Shown here: positions 46,945-56,636 of the stretch, in pieces
Position numbering within the stretch: position 1 is the stretch's first letter
Layout of the letters: each line of letters starts with the position of its first letter
NCBI GenBank assembly: GCA_003228125.1
Contig: QGNP01000001.1
Location: 1,261-65,260, forward strand
Direction: 5' to 3'
DNA from: Chloroflexota bacterium
GTDB taxonomy: Bacteria; Chloroflexota; Dehalococcoidia; UBA2979
DNA length: 64,000 nt
Made by a program: the position numbers and the translations under genes
Notes under the pieces: model-generated
Seen by the model: the letters and a program-made list of their open reading frames with translations, nothing else
Databases searched by the model: none
Told to the model about the DNA's origin: nothing

Positions 46945-49362
46945 CTATTTTGCGCTGACAACTTTTTCTTTTATTAGATTATTGACGTCTTTTTTTTCAT
47001 ATCCAAGTTCTTTTAGTATAGCTTTGGTATGTTCTCCGCATTGCATTGGTGAAGTAATTATATTCTTGGATTTAGAAAAATTTATTACTGGTGAGTGTCT
47101 TGACAAAGTTCCCCATTTTGTGGTTATTGGAGATACTAATTGATTTAATTTTGCATGTTGATTGTCTATAATAAAGTCACCAAATTTTTCCCCGTCTGCT
47201 TTTACGCATGCAATACTCTTGTCAATAAATATTTTTTCAAGCTTGTTCGCTTCGTATTTTTTAAAAAATATTTCTAGATTAATTCTAGCTTTTGCATTAT
47301 TGCCGTAATCTTTGTATGAAATTTTACTATGTGAATAAATATTTTTTATTATATCACAGCATTTTTTCCATTCATTCAAGTTTGTAATTTTTAATAAAAC
47401 CCAAGTATTGTTTTTAGTTTTATAAAGCATATTAAATGGTGATGTTCCTAATAACTCATCATCTAATTTTATAGCCTTCTGCCTGCCTTTATAATTGTAA
47501 AATTCGTGTATTTGAGCATATGAATTCGCCCCTAGCATATTTACTTCAATATTTTGTCCTTGCTTATTAACCTCCTTGTTGTAAAGACCTAAAATCATAG
47601 CAGTTGCTGCAACGACAGAAGTGTTTGGATCAGGACTTGGTTCATTTGCAGCATGGATCTGTCTAGCAATATCTGACACCTGATCAATGTTTAATTTATT
47701 ATAATCAATTTTTTTATCATGGATACTTTGACCAGCTTGTTTTAATGCTCCTCCAAGTACAGCTCCTGCAATCGGATGTGCTCCTGGCCTATTGGCACTA
47801 TCTCCTTTTGATCCATAAGCATTAACCCAAGTAAATATAATATTTTTATTAATTTTTTTTATTGATTTATAATCAAATCCTAATCGTTCAGCAACACCAG
47901 GTCTATTATTATGGATTAAAATATCAGCATTCTTGAGAAGTTGGTGCATAATTTTTTTCCCATTCTTTGTTTTTAAATCTATAGCTATGCTTTCTTTTCC
48001 AACATTGACTTTAGTGATAGGTATTTCATCTCTATACGATCGGAATGGATCTCCATTGGGAGGTTCAATTTTTATGACTCTGGCTCCTAGGTCAGCTAAC
48101 ATTGAACTTGCTAATGGAGCAGCTATAACAGATGCTATTTCTATGATTGTATAACTTTCCAAAGGAGCTTTATTGTTCGATAGAGGTGTTTTTGATCTTG
48201 ATTTTGATGCTTTAAAGTTAGCTAGAGTTGATTCATGATGCTCATTTATTTGTGGAGCAGGATTTTTTATAGATGGCTTTAAATTAGAAAAATTTGCAAA
48301 AAAACCTACTTGTTTAATTTTTCCTAAAATTGGATCAGGATAACTAATGATATTTTTATTTTTAACAATGTCCTTTTGCTTCATTGATTCTTTTGTATTT
48401 AAATAAATTTCTGCAGCAATATTGCCATTCTTTATAAATTTTTTTAACCAATAATTTGCTGTTTTCTTTCTTCCTTCTATTAAAATAATTTTTCTTAATT
48501 TTTCTTTAATAATTAAAAAATCTTTATGAAAAAATGCTTGATTACTCTGTTCAATTAATTCTTCATCTAAATTCATTTCTTTAGCGAATGCTTTAAATAA
48601 ACGATCAACTAAATTTCCTGTTTGAATCCATTGATTATCTTTAGTTAGGAATGGTTGATATGATAATGCTGGCATTTTATCAATTGTTCCAAATTCACCA
48701 TTGGGTCCATATAAATGTTTGTTTTTTTTAGACAATTGATTTAAAAATAATTCATGAAAATCGTACAACATTAATGATTTAAGTAAATTAATTTGAACCA
48801 ATTGTCCAATATGTGTCTTTTCTCTAACTATTAATGCCGAGACAATACCGCTTACTGAATTAAAAGCAGCAGCATGACTTGCTACTGGGACAATACTGTA
48901 GGAAGGACCTTTTCTTTTCGTTATAGATGATAAAGTTTGCATTCTTCCAGCTATTGCAGATACTATTGATTCATATCCGGGATAATTTGCATATTTTCCT
49001 TTTTCTCCAAAAGCAGAGATAGTGCAATAAATTATATTCGGATTTATTTTTTGTAAAGCATGAAAACCAATACCTAATTTTTGTTGTTGCTTTGGATTTC
49101 TTGCAGAAATTACAACATCTGTATTTTTCAAAAGTAAAGCAAGCTCTTGCTTACCTTTTTTAGAACTTAAATTTAATGCTATGCTTTCTTTGCCCCTCAT
49201 CCACACAGGCGACGAGCCCATTTTTCTAAATGGATCTCCTCCGGGTTTTTCTATACATAAAACTGATGCTCCAAAATCCGCTAAAATCATTGAAGCTAAG
49301 CCAGCCACTGGTCCAATTCCTAGATCCAGCACATTTATTTTTTTAAATAATTCAGTTTTCAT
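46945..49362 (-). CDS. Fused double-domain CaiB/BaiF (family III) CoA-transferase
   Basis: Two copies of LAD.GA.V..IE.P.GDPFR and GKESIA.(N/D)L; HNNRPG...RLG; GEHT..IL.ELG. Confidence 0.93.
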   Translation of the reverse strand: MKTELFKKINVLDLGIGPVAGLASMILADFGASVLCIEKPGGDPFRKMGSSPVWMRGKESIALNLSSKKGKQELALLLKNTDVVISARNPKQQQKLGIGFHALQKINPNIIYCTISAFGEKGKYANYPGYESIVSAIAGRMQTLSSITKRKGPSYSIVPVASHAAAFNSVSGIVSALIVREKTHIGQLVQINLLKSLMLYDFHELFLNQLSKKNKHLYGPNGEFGTIDKMPALSYQPFLTKDNQWIQTGNLVDRLFKAFAKEMNLDEELIEQSNQAFFHKDFLIIKEKLRKIILIEGRKKTANYWLKKFIKNGNIAAEIYLNTKESMKQKDIVKNKNIISYPDPILGKIKQVGFFANFSNLKPSIKNPAPQINEHHESTLANFKASKSRSKTPLSNNKAPLESYTIIEIASVIAAPLASSMLADLGARVIKIEPPNGDPFRSYRDEIPITKVNVGKESIAIDLKTKNGKKIMHQLLKNADILIHNNRPGVAERLGFDYKSIKKINKNIIFTWVNAYGSKGDSANRPGAHPIAGAVLGGALKQAGQSIHDKKIDYNKLNIDQVSDIARQIHAANEPSPDPNTSVVAATAMILGLYNKEVNKQGQNIEVNMLGANSYAQIHEFYNYKGRQKAIKLDDELLGTSPFNMLYKTKNNTWVLLKITNLNEWKKCCDIIKNIYSHSKISYKDYGNNAKARINLEIFFKKYEANKLEKIFIDKSIACVKADGEKFGDFIIDNQHAKLNQLVSPITTKWGTLSRHSPVINFSKSKNIITSPMQCGEHTKAILKELGYEKKDVNNLIKEKVVSAK

Positions 49363-49490
49363 GAGTCCTTAATATAAAATTATAAATCTCTATTAACATT
49401 TCCTTTGATAAAATTGTTAATATTATCATACTGTTTTGAAAAGTAATTATCAGTAATAAAAAACAAGAAACATTGAAAGGAATATTTGCT

Positions 49491-50300
49491 ATGACTCTTA
49501 AATGGGCTCACGATAAAATTATTTACACTAAAGAAGATCATGTTGCATTAATCACAAAGAATAGGCCAGATAAATTAAATGCGATGGACAAAGAAATGAT
49601 GGATGCTTATTATGAGTCTCTTGCAGATGCTGAAAGTGATGATGATATAAGGGTTATAGTGATAACTGGTAATGGAAAAGGATGGCATCCTGGTGCTGAT
49701 CCTGAAATGTTTGTGAAAGGTACGGCAGCAATGAAAAAAGGTAATCTTCCTTCTTGGAAGAGACCTCCAGCAACTACTCCTCAAATAGCTGCTTTGCGAA
49801 ATTCATCTAAAATTATTATTGGAGCAATAAATGGATATGCTTATGGAGCTGGTTTTGGTGATGCTCTATGGTGTGATATCAGAATTATTGCTGAATCAGC
49901 AAAACTAGGACCGGTATGGGCAAAGTTTGCTGCTCCTATGGAAAATGTCACAAGTGCTAATCTAACAAGTATTGTTGGTCCATCAAAAGCTTTAGAGCTT
50001 TATTTGCTACGTGAGCCAATTGAATCTGATTATGCTTTAAAGCTTGGATTAGCTAATTGGGTTGTTCCAGACAATGAATTAATGGACTTTACAATGAAAA
50101 TGGCAAAAAAAATGGCAACTAACTCACCTTATGGTACTGCTTTATCTAAATGGATGGTATATAAGTTTGCTGCACCTGATATTGGCCAGCATGTTGAATT
50201 GTTTCGACTAGCTGAAAATATTACTGGATTAACTGAAGATTCAAAAGAAGGTGGTGTAGCATTCCGTGAGCGAAGAGACCCAGATTTTAAGGGGATTTAA
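49491..50300 (+). CDS. Enoyl-CoA hydratase/isomerase (crotonase) superfamily protein
   Basis: NRPDKLNA, ITGNG...GAD, AINGYAYGAG, CDIRI, EG..AF.ERR.P.FKG; AAGGA precedes ATG 49491. Confidence 0.92.
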   Translation: MTLKWAHDKIIYTKEDHVALITKNRPDKLNAMDKEMMDAYYESLADAESDDDIRVIVITGNGKGWHPGADPEMFVKGTAAMKKGNLPSWKRPPATTPQIAALRNSSKIIIGAINGYAYGAGFGDALWCDIRIIAESAKLGPVWAKFAAPMENVTSANLTSIVGPSKALELYLLREPIESDYALKLGLANWVVPDNELMDFTMKMAKKMATNSPYGTALSKWMVYKFAAPDIGQHVELFRLAENITGLTEDSKEGGVAFRERRDPDFKGI

Positions 50301-50418
50301 ATTAAATAGGCACTATTAATAATCGGATATGTTAATGATATTGATGATATAGGGACATCCACTCAAATTAGATAAAAAATGTTTTTACAGTAATTATGAA
50401 TAAATATAGGAGTAATAA

Positions 50419-51477
50419 ATGGCAAAAAAAAATAAGCGCGGCATATCTTTAGCTTATTCTGATTTAGAAGTGAAGCCACAATTAGCAAAAGATGCAGAAG
50501 ATGCCGGCTTTGATATTATTTGGAATTCAGGTGAGAGTATTCCATTATTTGGTTCGATTTCTAAAACAACTCAAGAAATTCCATTTGGATCAGGAGTTAT
50601 TAGGGCTTTTGCTCATGACATTAGAGAATTAGCACAATCATCAGTAGATTTACAAAGATTATCAAATAATCGATTTATTCTTGGGCTTGGCGGTGGGACA
50701 AAAAGAATGAATATTAATCAACTTGGACAAGAGTTTGATCATCCTGCTACTAGATTAAGAGAAATGATACGAGGATTAAAACATGCATGGAAAACTCCTT
50801 ATAACAAGGATATGAATTTTGATGGTAAATACTATTCAATGCAAGGAAAAGGCTTAAGAGGTGTAGTATCTGATTCTGGATTAGCTGGTTTTGGTGGATT
50901 AGACACAAAAACACCTCCTAAACCAGCCGCAATTTATCTTGCAGCAGTTAATAAAGCAATGTTTCGTTTAGCTGGGGATCTTTGTGATGGATTGTGCGGA
51001 CATCCAATTGCATCTGTGAGGTTTATTAATGAAGTAGCCTGGCCTTCTATTGATGAAGGTTTGAAAAGAAGCAATAGAAGTCGAGACGATTTTGATCACA
51101 ATGCCTGGATTGTCACTGCTATTTCTAGTGATCAAAAACAAGCAGAAAAAGAAGCTAAATATCACATTGCTCGATTTATGGCTACGAGAAGCTATGGTAT
51201 TATACTTGATTCACAAGGACACACAGATCTTAAAGAAAAAATACAAAATGAATTTTTTAATAATCCTGACGATGTTGAATCTTTAATTAATGCTATTCCT
51301 GATGAAATAGCTCGAGAACATTCTATTTATGGAACCATTGATCAAGTTCGAGAACAGGCAGAAAAATATGAGGGAGTTGTTAACACATCAACTTTCTATT
51401 GTGCTTCTGCCCTAATGTCACATGATCGTATTCATGAGAACATACAATTAATGATTGAAGCATTTGGAAATAATTAG
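50419..51477 (+). CDS. LLM-class flavin/F420-dependent oxidoreductase
   Basis: AEDAGFD..W, LQRLS..RFILGLG, F.GKYY, IYLAAVN..M.RLAG..CDG..GHP. Confidence 0.9.
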   Translation: MAKKNKRGISLAYSDLEVKPQLAKDAEDAGFDIIWNSGESIPLFGSISKTTQEIPFGSGVIRAFAHDIRELAQSSVDLQRLSNNRFILGLGGGTKRMNINQLGQEFDHPATRLREMIRGLKHAWKTPYNKDMNFDGKYYSMQGKGLRGVVSDSGLAGFGGLDTKTPPKPAAIYLAAVNKAMFRLAGDLCDGLCGHPIASVRFINEVAWPSIDEGLKRSNRSRDDFDHNAWIVTAISSDQKQAEKEAKYHIARFMATRSYGIILDSQGHTDLKEKIQNEFFNNPDDVESLINAIPDEIAREHSIYGTIDQVREQAEKYEGVVNTSTFYCASALMSHDRIHENIQLMIEAFGNN

Positions 51478-51480
51478 AAA

Positions 51481-52752
51481 TTATTCAGTATATTTATTAC
51501 TAATAACTTGTTTTTTATAAAAAATATCAATTTCTTTTTTTGAAAAACCTAAATTATCTAAAATAATTTCATTGTGTTCTCCTAATAAACCAGCTGGCAA
51601 ATACCATTTTTGTGCATCAGGCTTTATGTCCCATAAAAAACCAGACATTAATCTGTTGCCTAAAAAATCATGATCTATGCTTTGCCACCAATTTCTAAAT
51701 GTCAATTGTTCATTTGTTAATAAATTTGGGGCATTAACAACTGGAGCTGCTATAACATTGCTACTTGTTAAAATATTAATAATTTCTGTACGATCTCTTT
51801 TTACAACTTCTTGCTGTATCCAAGCATGTATTTTTTCTCTATTTTTAATTCTTCCTTGGATAGTAGACCAGTCATGTTTTATGTTTGCAAATTCATCTTT
51901 TAGAAATACATGACAAAGATTTGCCCACTGTTCATCATTTTCTGCAGCTATTACAATCCATTCTTGATTATTGTTAGTAACAAAGCATCCATGAGGAACA
52001 AAGCTTTCATCTAAATTTCCTAACTGCTTTGGAAGTCTTTTGTTCCATTTCCATTCAGAAAGCATGCCAGGCAAATACCAGGCGAATGATTCTAAGTGAG
52101 AAAGGTCAATGAAAGAACCAATACCAGTCTGTTGTTTTCTGTACATTGATGAAATGGTTGCAAACATTACTTCTAAAGGAGCACTAGCATCCGTTTGAAT
52201 TGTTCCTAATATATCTTCTGTAGATTTTTGTGAATTTCCTCTAGTAATAACATGGCCTGATGAAGCTTCTACCAAAGATCCAAGAGCTGTATACCCGGAA
52301 TATGGCCCATCTACTCCCCATGCAGGCATAGAAAGCATACTTATTTTATTATTAATATTATGTATTTTTTCCCAATCAAATCCTAATTTTTCAATTACTC
52401 CTGCTGCATAACCATCAATAATAATATCAGCCCATTGTATTAACCTGGTGAATATTTCTTTACCTTCTTTTTTATTTAGATTGAGAGATAGAAATAGTTT
52501 ATTTCTGTTTCCTTGAGTTTGCGGAGCTGTTTTTTCATATGCTGGGCCAGGTCCGTCTGCTACTCTTGCATCAATAGAAATTGGCCTAGTCAGTGACCTA
52601 CGTGGATAGGATTCTACTTTTATCACTTCGGCACCCATGTCTGCCATTAATGATATGCCAAATGGAGCAGCAAAAACTTCTGCAAAATCGATGATTTTGA
52701 TATCTTGCAGTGCCAAGCAACGATTTTCGTTTGATACAACGTTATTCAGCAT
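51481..52752 (-). CDS. CaiB/BaiF family III CoA-transferase (catalytic Asp present)
   Basis: DMGAEVIKVE, NRNK, IEKLG, QTDAS, PHG.F, GEHN. Confidence 0.92.
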   Translation of the reverse strand: MLNNVVSNENRCLALQDIKIIDFAEVFAAPFGISLMADMGAEVIKVESYPRRSLTRPISIDARVADGPGPAYEKTAPQTQGNRNKLFLSLNLNKKEGKEIFTRLIQWADIIIDGYAAGVIEKLGFDWEKIHNINNKISMLSMPAWGVDGPYSGYTALGSLVEASSGHVITRGNSQKSTEDILGTIQTDASAPLEVMFATISSMYRKQQTGIGSFIDLSHLESFAWYLPGMLSEWKWNKRLPKQLGNLDESFVPHGCFVTNNNQEWIVIAAENDEQWANLCHVFLKDEFANIKHDWSTIQGRIKNREKIHAWIQQEVVKRDRTEIINILTSSNVIAAPVVNAPNLLTNEQLTFRNWWQSIDHDFLGNRLMSGFLWDIKPDAQKWYLPAGLLGEHNEIILDNLGFSKKEIDIFYKKQVISNKYTE

Positions 52753-54001
52753 AAGAATTTCCGATGACAGATTTATTATAAAGTTTTACTATTTCTTTTT
52801 TTGCATAACCTAACTCTTGCAATATTTCTTCGTTATGCTCTCCGACTTGTTCGGTTCTATATTCATAATTTGGTGAATCAGGTTGCATGTTCCATAGAAA
52901 ACCTGGCATAAGTCGTTCGCCTAAATAAGGCAAATTGATTGCTTTGAACCAATTTCTATGATGCATTTGTAAATTATTAAACATGCCAGGTGCATCTACG
53001 ATAGGACTGGCAATAGCACCGCATTGTTGAATAAGGCTAATTATTTGTTCGCTATCTTGTTTTAAGCAAATTTTTTTTATTTCATTATCAATTTTATTTC
53101 TATGTTTTAGTCTGCCTGTTATTGTGCTCCATTTATGTTCTATTGAACTCCACTCTGATTTATCTAATGCGAGGCATAATTTTTGCCACTGTTCATCATT
53201 TTCTGCAGATATAACTATCCATTTATTATCCAATGTAGGGTAGATATTATGAGGAACAATATATTTATCAGAATTACCAAGTTGTTCCGTTTCTCTATTA
53301 TTAAGTATCCATTCACCTAATGGACCAACTAAATGCCAAGCAAATGCTTCTGCTTGAGAAAGATCAATAAAAGATCCTTTGTTTGTTATCTTTCTTTTAT
53401 TTAATGATATCAAGGATGCCAAAACTACTTGAATAGGCGCTGTGGCATCTGTAATAAAATTGCCTGGTATATGAATGATATCTTTAGAATTGTTACCTCT
53501 AGTTAATGCATGGCCTACGCTTGCTTCTATTCCGGAACCTAATGCAACATACCCTGCATATGGTCCATGTACTCCCCAAGCAGGCATAGATATGACATTG
53601 ATTTTATTATTAATATTATGTATTTTTTCCCAACCAAAACCTAATTTTTCAATTACTCCTGCAGCAAATCCTTCAATTAAAATGTCAGAATTCTCTATTA
53701 ACTTTCTTAGAATGATATTACCTTCTTCATGTTTAACATTTAATGCGATGTTTCTTTTATTTCTATTTCCTTGTATTTGAGAAGTAGTTCGTTCATATGC
53801 TGGACCAGGTCCATCTGCTACTCTTGCATCTTCAATTATTGGCCTTGTTAACGACCTTCTTGGAAAAGATTCAATTTTAATTACTTCTGCACCAAGATCT
53901 CCGAGCATGGATGCTCCGAATGGACCTGCCCAAACTTCAGCAAAATCCAGCACTCTAATTCCTTTAAGAGATTGCGATTTATTAAACTGTTGTCTAACCA
54001 T
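52742..54001 (-). CDS. CaiB/BaiF family III CoA-transferase (catalytic Asp present)
   Basis: WAGP, DLGAEVIKIE, NRNKR, ITDAT, PHNIYP, GEHN. Confidence 0.93.
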   Translation of the reverse strand: MVRQQFNKSQSLKGIRVLDFAEVWAGPFGASMLGDLGAEVIKIESFPRRSLTRPIIEDARVADGPGPAYERTTSQIQGNRNKRNIALNVKHEEGNIILRKLIENSDILIEGFAAGVIEKLGFGWEKIHNINNKINVISMPAWGVHGPYAGYVALGSGIEASVGHALTRGNNSKDIIHIPGNFITDATAPIQVVLASLISLNKRKITNKGSFIDLSQAEAFAWHLVGPLGEWILNNRETEQLGNSDKYIVPHNIYPTLDNKWIVISAENDEQWQKLCLALDKSEWSSIEHKWSTITGRLKHRNKIDNEIKKICLKQDSEQIISLIQQCGAIASPIVDAPGMFNNLQMHHRNWFKAINLPYLGERLMPGFLWNMQPDSPNYEYRTEQVGEHNEEILQELGYAKKEIVKLYNKSVIGNSYAE

Positions 54002-54003
54002 TA

Positions 54004-55185
54004 TTATCTAATTGCTCCAATCTTAAATAAGGCAATTTGTTCTTCTTTTGAATATTTTAATTTTGTTAATATTTCTATAGTGCTTGAACCAAAATCTGGA
54101 GGAGGCAGTGCTTCCCAAGAGTCCTCTATTTTGAATGGTGGTCCATGAATAATTGTTTTGCCAATTTGACTGTGTTCAATTTCTACAAAAGAATTACGAG
54201 CAATTGCTTGTTCGTCATCGGTGACTTCTGACATATTCACAACTGGAGCTACCATAACTCTGTATTGTTGCATTTCTTTAAATACTTCTTTTTTTGTTCT
54301 ATTGGAAAGCCATGGATCAAGGTATTCCATAAAATCTTCGAAATGTTTTGATTTTTCTATTGGATCATTGAATCTTGAATCATTGATTAATTCTGGATGT
54401 CCTATAGCTTCGCATAATCTTGCGAATTGAGGTCCAAGCGTTGCAGCAAACATCACATATCCATCCTTGCACTTGTAGTTGCCTATAGGATAATTATCTG
54501 TATTTCTTCCCATACCACTTTTTCGTTGAGTTCCTAGTAGTACCCAATCAACGTAACCTGTATCAACATTTCCTGCTAATGCTTCTACGCTTGATAAGTC
54601 TACGTCTCTTCTAATACCATCATGTTCGTGACCCCAAACTATTGAAAGTCCAACAGCCGCTGCCGTGGCTCCAATCTGAATAGTGGCAACATGCGGACCA
54701 TATCTAAGTGGTTCAGATCCATCATGACCGTGTCTTTCCATTCTTGTGGTCCAAGCAAATATGGACATTTCATTTTCAATTCTGTTACTGTATGGTCCCT
54801 CAAGTCCATGAGGACTTATTGCAACTGTACTTGGTCCTGATTCTTTGTTAAGTAAGTTAAGAATTTTTTTTGATTCTGTGACTGGTAAATCAATAATAAC
54901 TAACTGGGCATCATTGCAAATTCTAGTAATTATTTCTTTACCAGAATTTGATAAGTGATCAATTACTATTGATTTTTTTCCAGTATCTAATGCAATATGA
55001 AATGCTCCAGTTTCTAAATTTGGAATATCTTGAAAAAATGGAGGAGTTCTTCGAATTTCACCTCCATTTAATAATTCAATTTTTATAACTTCTGCTCCAA
55101 AATCTGTGAATTGTTTAGACGCAGAAGCTGCCGCAATAGTGCTACCTATTTCAATAATTTTTATACCATTTAGAGGTTTTTGCAT
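54004..55185 (-). CDS. CaiB/BaiF family III CoA-transferase-like subunit (catalytic Asp apparently absent)
   Basis: DFGAEVIKIE, GKKS, GLEGPY, YKCKDGYV; HVATIQIG at the position where Asp is expected. Confidence 0.9.
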   Translation of the reverse strand: MQKPLNGIKIIEIGSTIAAASASKQFTDFGAEVIKIELLNGGEIRRTPPFFQDIPNLETGAFHIALDTGKKSIVIDHLSNSGKEIITRICNDAQLVIIDLPVTESKKILNLLNKESGPSTVAISPHGLEGPYSNRIENEMSIFAWTTRMERHGHDGSEPLRYGPHVATIQIGATAAAVGLSIVWGHEHDGIRRDVDLSSVEALAGNVDTGYVDWVLLGTQRKSGMGRNTDNYPIGNYKCKDGYVMFAATLGPQFARLCEAIGHPELINDSRFNDPIEKSKHFEDFMEYLDPWLSNRTKKEVFKEMQQYRVMVAPVVNMSEVTDDEQAIARNSFVEIEHSQIGKTIIHGPPFKIEDSWEALPPPDFGSSTIEILTKLKYSKEEQIALFKIGAIR

Positions 55186-55208
55186 ATTTATTCCAAAACA
55201 TCGTGAGA

Positions 55209-55223
55209 CATGTATTATACATG
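55209..55223 (-). promoter_or_regulatory. Palindrome CATGTA-3 nt-TACATG overlapping a minus-strand TATAAT; candidate promoter/operator
   Basis: Minus strand reads CATG-TATAAT-ACATG, 24 bp upstream of the CoA-transferase operon start. Confidence 0.5.
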
Positions 55224-55227
55224 AAAC

Positions 55228-55247
55228 AAAAAAAACCTTATGGTTTT
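55228..55247 (-). terminator. Weak intrinsic terminator after the MFS gene
   Basis: AAAACC-ATAA-GGTTTT running into a T tract on the minus strand, 12 bp past the stop. Confidence 0.45.
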
Positions 55248-55259
55248 AATTAATAAATA

Positions 55260-56549
55260 TTAGTCAGGCCTATTAGCTACATGATTGCCAGGTGTTATTT
55301 TTGTAGAATTAGAAGATACTTTTTTCATAAATACAATCATGATAGATGCAAAAAATGAGAGCATGCTAAAAACTATCCATATCCCTGTGTAGTTTCCTAC
55401 TGAATCGTAATATGCTGACACTAATAAAGGGCTTGTTGATGAAAGAATAATCATAAATGGCATTACTGCTCCACGTATGCTACCAATATGCTTTCTGCCA
55501 AATAATAAAGGCCAAACAATTTCTTGAAGAGGCACAACTCCAGAGATACTAATCCCTAAAGTTAAATAACCAATGATTACTAAATTATAGTTTAATGATT
55601 GAGTTCCAATTAATACTATTCCAATTCCAATGGGACAAGCAATGAATGCAAAACAAGAAAGATATCTAATATCGATTTTTTCAGCAATAATACCCCAAAT
55701 GGGTCTAGTTAATAAACCTGGAAAAGCAAATAAGGACAACATTGCAGCTGCTCTTGTCCTTTCAAAGCCAGCATCAGTTAAAAAAGGAATTGTATGTGCT
55801 CCAACTGCTGGAAAAGTTAAACTTGCCAGAGAATATGCAACTAACACTATCCAAAAATTTGAGGTTCTCATTGCTTGTTTTCTTGTGATTGATTTTTCTT
55901 CAATATTTTGAACATTATTTTTATCATCAGTAGTATTTTTTTGAATTCCATCTGGGAGCATGCCATAATCTTCCGGCTCCCTCCTCATAGTTAGGGCAGC
56001 TGGGTATAACAAACATGCTGTCAACAATGCCATTATTTGCCAGCCTGCCCGCCATCCAAATTCGTCTACAAAAGGAGTTAGTAAAGAGGGAGTCATAATT
56101 CCTGTAATTGATAATCCTACAAGGGATATCCCGATGGCTCTTCCTCGATATCTTACAAACCATTTTGCTATAGCTGCTTGTACAACTAAGAACGTAGCAA
56201 GCGCAACTCCAATAGATAGGAACACTCCTCTAATTAAGTACCATTGCCATAAATTTTCAATTTCTGCGAGCAACAATAAGCATATAATCATTATTGTTGT
56301 TCCAATAAACATCAGTTTTCTGCCTCCATGACGATCGAGATATCCACCAATAAAAACTGCTATTATCGCTGTTACGATGTACGAAACTGTTATTGAGCCT
56401 ATAAACTCTGTTCTTGTCCAATTAAATTCTTCGCTCATAGGTATAAAAAAAACACCAGTAGCATAACCTTGGACGGAACCACCGATAAACATTGTTGCCA
56501 TGGCTGCAAGTACGATGTACCAGCCAAAAAAAATATTAATTTTTTTCAT
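55260..56549 (-). CDS. MFS transporter (OFA/MCT-like)
   Basis: FFGWYIV, G..LDRHGGR, KWF.RYRGRAIG, GWR, PEDYG..PDG, LFGRKH.GSI.G. Confidence 0.92.
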   Translation of the reverse strand: MKKINIFFGWYIVLAAMATMFIGGSVQGYATGVFFIPMSEEFNWTRTEFIGSITVSYIVTAIIAVFIGGYLDRHGGRKLMFIGTTIMIICLLLLAEIENLWQWYLIRGVFLSIGVALATFLVVQAAIAKWFVRYRGRAIGISLVGLSITGIMTPSLLTPFVDEFGWRAGWQIMALLTACLLYPAALTMRREPEDYGMLPDGIQKNTTDDKNNVQNIEEKSITRKQAMRTSNFWIVLVAYSLASLTFPAVGAHTIPFLTDAGFERTRAAAMLSLFAFPGLLTRPIWGIIAEKIDIRYLSCFAFIACPIGIGIVLIGTQSLNYNLVIIGYLTLGISISGVVPLQEIVWPLLFGRKHIGSIRGAVMPFMIILSSTSPLLVSAYYDSVGNYTGIWIVFSMLSFFASIMIVFMKKVSSNSTKITPGNHVANRPD

Positions 56550-56636
56550 AAGTTATAATTTCTATTTTAAAAATTTGTTATCTTATTATTATCTAAAAAA
56601 CTATATGGTGATATGCTTATTTAGAAAAGAGATAAT

